Of a DNA stretch of 49,738 nt, positions 47,203-49,738 are shown piece by piece. The stretch is from NCBI GenBank assembly GCA_031417315.1, contig JANOVK010000216.1, forward strand, positions 1 to 49,738, given 5' to 3'. Source of the stretch: Chitinophagaceae bacterium. Lineage in GTDB: Bacteria; Bacteroidota; Bacteroidia; Chitinophagales; Chitinophagaceae. The notes under the pieces were generated by a model. The model saw only the letters and a program-made list of their open reading frames with translations. It searched no databases and was not told the origin of the DNA. How positions within the stretch are numbered: position 1 is the stretch's first letter; each line of letters opens with the position of its first letter. The position numbers and the translations under genes were made by a program.

Positions 47203-48150
47203 ATGAACTCTTCGGTTAAAATTTTTGCAGGAACAGGCTCTCAACAATTAGCTGAAAAAATTGCTAAAAGTTTTGGTTGTAAGCTTGGGAAAATAAATTT
47301 ACAAAAATTTAGTGATGGAGAAATTCAGCCTGTTTATTTAGAAAGCATTAGAGGTGATTATGTTTTTTTAATACAAAGCACACATTCGCCAGCAGATAAT
47401 TTAATGGAATTATTATTAATGATTGATGCTGCAAAGCGTGCTAGTGCTTATAAAATTGTTGCAGTAATTCCTTATTTTGGTTATGCACGACAAGATAGAA
47501 AAGATAAACCAAGGGTTGCAATTGGCAGTCGATTAGTGTCTAATTTATTAGAAGCTGCAGGTGCCAATAGAGTTATCACAATGGATTTGCACGCACCACA
47601 AATTCAAGCATTTTTTGAAGTTCCAGTTGACCACTTAGATAGTTCAGCTATATTTATTCCGTATATAGAAAGTTTAAAATTAAAAAATCTTTGCTTTGCT
47701 GCACCCGATGTTGGTAGTACAAATAGAGTAAGAGAAATTGCAAGTTTTTTTAATGCCCCAATGGTAATTTGTGATAAACATAGAAAACGAGCCAACGAAA
47801 TTTCGAGTATGGTTGTAATTGGTGATGTAGAAGGTAGAGATATGGTTTTAATTGATGATATATGTGATACTGGTGGAACGCTTTCAAAAAGTGCAGCTTT
47901 GCTATTAGAGAAAGGAGCCACAAGCATTAGAGCAGTTTGCACACACCCTGTTTTAAGTGGTAAAGCCTATGAAAATATTGACAATAGTGTGATAGAAGAA
48001 TTAGTTGTTTGCGATACTATTCCACTAAAACAACAATCAAAAAAAATAAAAGTAATTTCAGTTTCAGATTTATTTGCGATTGCAATTCGTAATGCTGCAG
48101 AAAATAAAAGTATTACCAGTTTATTTATTCATAGCCAATTGAAAAAATAA
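47203..48150 (+). CDS. prs: Ribose-phosphate pyrophosphokinase
   Basis: IFAGTGSQQLA, YFGYARQDRK, DLHAPQIQAFF and the PRPP loop LIDDICDTGGT. Confidence 0.96.
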   Translation: MNSSVKIFAGTGSQQLAEKIAKSFGCKLGKINLQKFSDGEIQPVYLESIRGDYVFLIQSTHSPADNLMELLLMIDAAKRASAYKIVAVIPYFGYARQDRKDKPRVAIGSRLVSNLLEAAGANRVITMDLHAPQIQAFFEVPVDHLDSSAIFIPYIESLKLKNLCFAAPDVGSTNRVREIASFFNAPMVICDKHRKRANEISSMVVIGDVEGRDMVLIDDICDTGGTLSKSAALLLEKGATSIRAVCTHPVLSGKAYENIDNSVIEELVVCDTIPLKQQSKKIKVISVSDLFAIAIRNAAENKSITSLFIHSQLKK

Positions 48151-48161
48151 TTTAATAAACT

Positions 48162-48950
48162 TTGAGTTTAACCATACATACAAAAGATTTAGTAAAAATT
48201 TATAAAAATAGAACTGTAGTGTCTAATGTTTCTATTAGTGTAAATCAGGGAGAGATTGTAGGTTTATTAGGACCAAATGGTGCAGGAAAAACTACTTCGT
48301 TTTATATGGTTGTTGGACTTGTGCAACCAGATAGAGGAACTGTTTTTTTAAATAGTAATGATATTACTAAACTACCTATGTATAAAAGAGCACAATTAGG
48401 AATTGGATATTTACCACAAGAACCTAGTGTGTTTAGAAAGTTGAGTGTGGAGGATAATATTTTAGCAGTTTTAGAAATGACCAAGCTTTCGAAAGTTCAG
48501 CGTTACGAAAAATTAGAAAATTTAATTGAAGAATTTAATTTAGGAAAAGTTAGAAAAAATAATGGGGATAGTTTAAGTGGTGGTGAAAGGAGAAGAACAG
48601 AAATTGCAAGGGCTTTAGCAGTAGATCCTAAATTTATTTTGTTAGATGAACCCTTTGCTGGCGTGGATCCTATTGCTGTTGAAGATATTCAAACGGTTGT
48701 AGCAAAATTAAAATATAAGAATATTGGAATTTTAATTACAGACCATAATGTAAACGAAACTTTATCTATATGCGATAGAGCTTATTTATTAATTGATGGA
48801 AAAATATTTAAACATGGAACTGCAGAGGAACTTGCAGAAGATGAACAAGTGAGACGTTTATATTTAGGAACTAACTTTGAATTGAAACGTAAAGATTGGA
48901 TTATTGATATGGAAAGAGATAGTGCATTATTAAGAGACGAATTAAAATAA
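48162..48950 (+). CDS. lptB: LPS export ABC transporter ATP-binding protein
   Basis: Walker [13 protein letters not shown] signature LSGGERRR and Walker [14 protein letters not shown], plus an LptB-like C-terminal extension. TTG start at 48162. Confidence 0.88.
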   Translation: MSLTIHTKDLVKIYKNRTVVSNVSISVNQGEIVGLLGPNGAGKTTSFYMVVGLVQPDRGTVFLNSNDITKLPMYKRAQLGIGYLPQEPSVFRKLSVEDNILAVLEMTKLSKVQRYEKLENLIEEFNLGKVRKNNGDSLSGGERRRTEIARALAVDPKFILLDEPFAGVDPIAVEDIQTVVAKLKYKNIGILITDHNVNETLSICDRAYLLIDGKIFKHGTAEELAEDEQVRRLYLGTNFELKRKDWIIDMERDSALLRDELK

Positions 48951-49315
48951 TAACTACAAACCCGAGCTATCGCTTGATAGTAAAATATCATGAGGAAAGT
49001 CCGGACAGCATAGAGCAATCTACTGGTTAAGAGCCAGGTCTTGTTTACAAGAACAGAAAGTGCCACAGAAAATTACCGCCAATTAAATAATTGGTAAGGG
49101 TGAAAACGTAGAGTAAGAGCCTACGATCTATTGCAGTAATGCAGTTTATGGGTAAACCTTAGATGCTGTAATGCCACATATAGGTGCTTTTGAGGGCTGC
49201 TCGTTCGAGCCTTAGGGCAAGTACCAGGGTAGGCAGCAAGACTTAGTTAGTAATAACTGAGCTAGATAAATGATAGTTTAGAAACAGAATCCGGCTTATG
49301 AGGTTTGTGGTTATT
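48951..49315 (+). ncRNA. rnpB: RNase P RNA, bacterial type A
   Basis: - Universal GAGGAAAGTCCGG box, starting near 48992.
- GTGCCACAGAAAATTACCGCC.
- GGTAAGGGTGAAA...GTAAGAGC.
- GGGTAGGCAGC.
- 3' ACAGAATCCGGCTTAT.
- P1 pairing of taactacaaacc (48951-) with ggtttgtggtta (49302-49313). Confidence 0.9.
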
Positions 49316-49325
49316 GTATTTTAAT

Positions 49326-49363
49326 AAAAAGTCCTTTCTAATTTTTTTGAAAGGACTTTTTTG
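49326..49363. terminator. Bidirectional terminator between rnpB and the Arc-like gene
   Basis: Stem gtcctttc (49331-49338) pairs with gaaaggac (49349-49356). An A-run precedes it and a T-run follows. Confidence 0.7.
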
Positions 49364-49366
49364 TTG

Positions 49367-49552
49367 TTATTTCTTTTTCTTTTCTTCAGTTTCTTTTTTT
49401 GTTGTTCTTAATCTACCTTTTTCAAAAAGTTTTTGTTGAATTAGCCATTCTATTTGCCCATTAACACTTCTAAATTCATTTGAAGCCCATTGCTCCAAAG
49501 ACTTATAAGTGTCTTCATCAATTCTTAAAACAAAACTTTTTTTATTTGCCAC
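49367..49552 (-). CDS. Arc/MetJ-type ribbon-helix-helix DNA-binding protein
   Basis: 61 aa. FVLRIDEDTYKSLEQWASNEFRSVNGQIEWLI fits the RHH beta-strand plus two helices. Lys/Glu-rich tail. GTG start. Confidence 0.55.
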   Translation of the reverse strand: MANKKSFVLRIDEDTYKSLEQWASNEFRSVNGQIEWLIQQKLFEKGRLRTTKKETEEKKKK

Positions 49553-49572
49553 AAGCTTTCATTTTGATATAA

Positions 49573-49737
49573 TTAATTATATAAAGTACCGGTATTTAAA
49601 ACTGGTGAAGCAGCCCTCTCACCACAAAGCACCACCATTAAGTTGCTTACCATTGCTGCTTTACGCTCTTCATCTAAATTTATTATATTTTTTTTACTTA
49701 ATTGTTCTAAAGCCATTTCTACCATACTAACAGCACC
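49573..49737 (-). CDS. 3' end of an unidentified CDS entering from the right edge
   Basis: The minus strand is open from the window edge to TAA at 49573-49575 (...[53 protein letters not shown]). The composition looks protein-like. Too short for the ORF track. Product not recognised. Confidence 0.35.
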   Translation of the reverse strand, partial: GAVSMVEMALEQLSKKNIINLDEERKAAMVSNLMVVLCGERAASPVLNTGTLYN

Positions 49738-49738
49738 T

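Noticed and set aside
1209-48484. The many 60-110-aa ORFs in the track lying antisense to large conserved genes. Examples: 1209-1397, 1876-2079, 7563-7889, 10746-10964, 20725-20985, 36361-36666, 40657-40972, 45481-45708, 47604-47942, 48302-48484.
   Set aside because: All are embedded opposite strongly supported CDSs. They have Leu/Ile/Phe/Ser-rich low-complexity translations of the kind expected from the reverse strand of AT-rich genes, and they have no recognisable motifs.
48782-49066. The 94-aa minus-strand ORF overlapping the lptB 3' end and the RNase P RNA
   Set aside because: The region is fully explained by lptB and by a well-supported rnpB. The ORF is a by-product of the relatively GC-rich structured RNA.
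49509-49730. The 73-aa plus-strand ORF at the right edge
   Set aside because: It is antisense both to the Arc-like gene start and to a more protein-like minus-strand reading frame (49573-49737). Its translation is low complexity.
1-49738. A search by eye for CRISPR arrays, tRNA/rRNA genes, IS elements, integrases, phage genes or toxin-antitoxin pairs
   Set aside because: I found no regularly spaced direct repeats, no cloverleaf-like GC-rich islands apart from rnpB, and no transposase, recombinase or phage-like ORFs. The Arc-like gene at 49367-49552 has no adjacent toxin-sized partner.

Overview
AT-rich (roughly 30% G+C by eye), densely coding chromosomal segment. It looks like Bacteroidota, judged from a T9SS C-terminal sorting domain, TAnnTTTG -7 promoter boxes, a dcw cluster without murF/ddl, and an FtsZ with a long acidic linker. 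I saw no transposase, integrase, CRISPR array, tRNA or rRNA.

Layout:
- 188-16430 (minus strand): complete division/cell-wall (dcw) cluster, mraZ-rsmH-ftsL-ftsI-murE-mraY-murD-ftsW-murG-murC-ftsQ-ftsA-ftsZ. It carries two apparent lesions: a 1-nt frameshift in ftsI and an in-frame TGA in rsmH.
- 16.7-22.8 kb: housekeeping genes queA, tsaE, a Cu-type P1B ATPase, asd and holA.
- 22.9-31.0 kb: the only accessory-looking block and the most interesting region. It is a tightly packed minus-strand operon encoding a degenerate sensor-kinase-like membrane protein, a BcsB-like periplasmic protein, a processive GT2 synthase with an N-terminal T2SSE_N/MshEN-like domain and no PilZ domain, and a 544-aa polytopic membrane protein. 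A GH5 glycosidase is transcribed divergently. I read this as a non-canonical synthase-dependent exopolysaccharide module.
- 31-49.7 kb: murA (Asp at the fosfomycin-target position), mutL, a 1139-aa T9SS cargo protein with three tandem modules and a PHP domain, an esterase, mtgA with a DltD/SGNH-like neighbour, an unlisted 58-aa lipoprotein, a gamma-carbonic-anhydrase-fold protein, trmB, a DUF5522-like Cys-rich protein, an alkyltransferase-like (ATL) protein, an MFS transporter, a four-gene operon (cyanophycinase, methyltransferase, GNAT, DUF4105), prs, lptB, an RNase P RNA that starts directly after the lptB stop codon, and an Arc-like small gene.

All product calls come from motifs read by eye. 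No database search was run.
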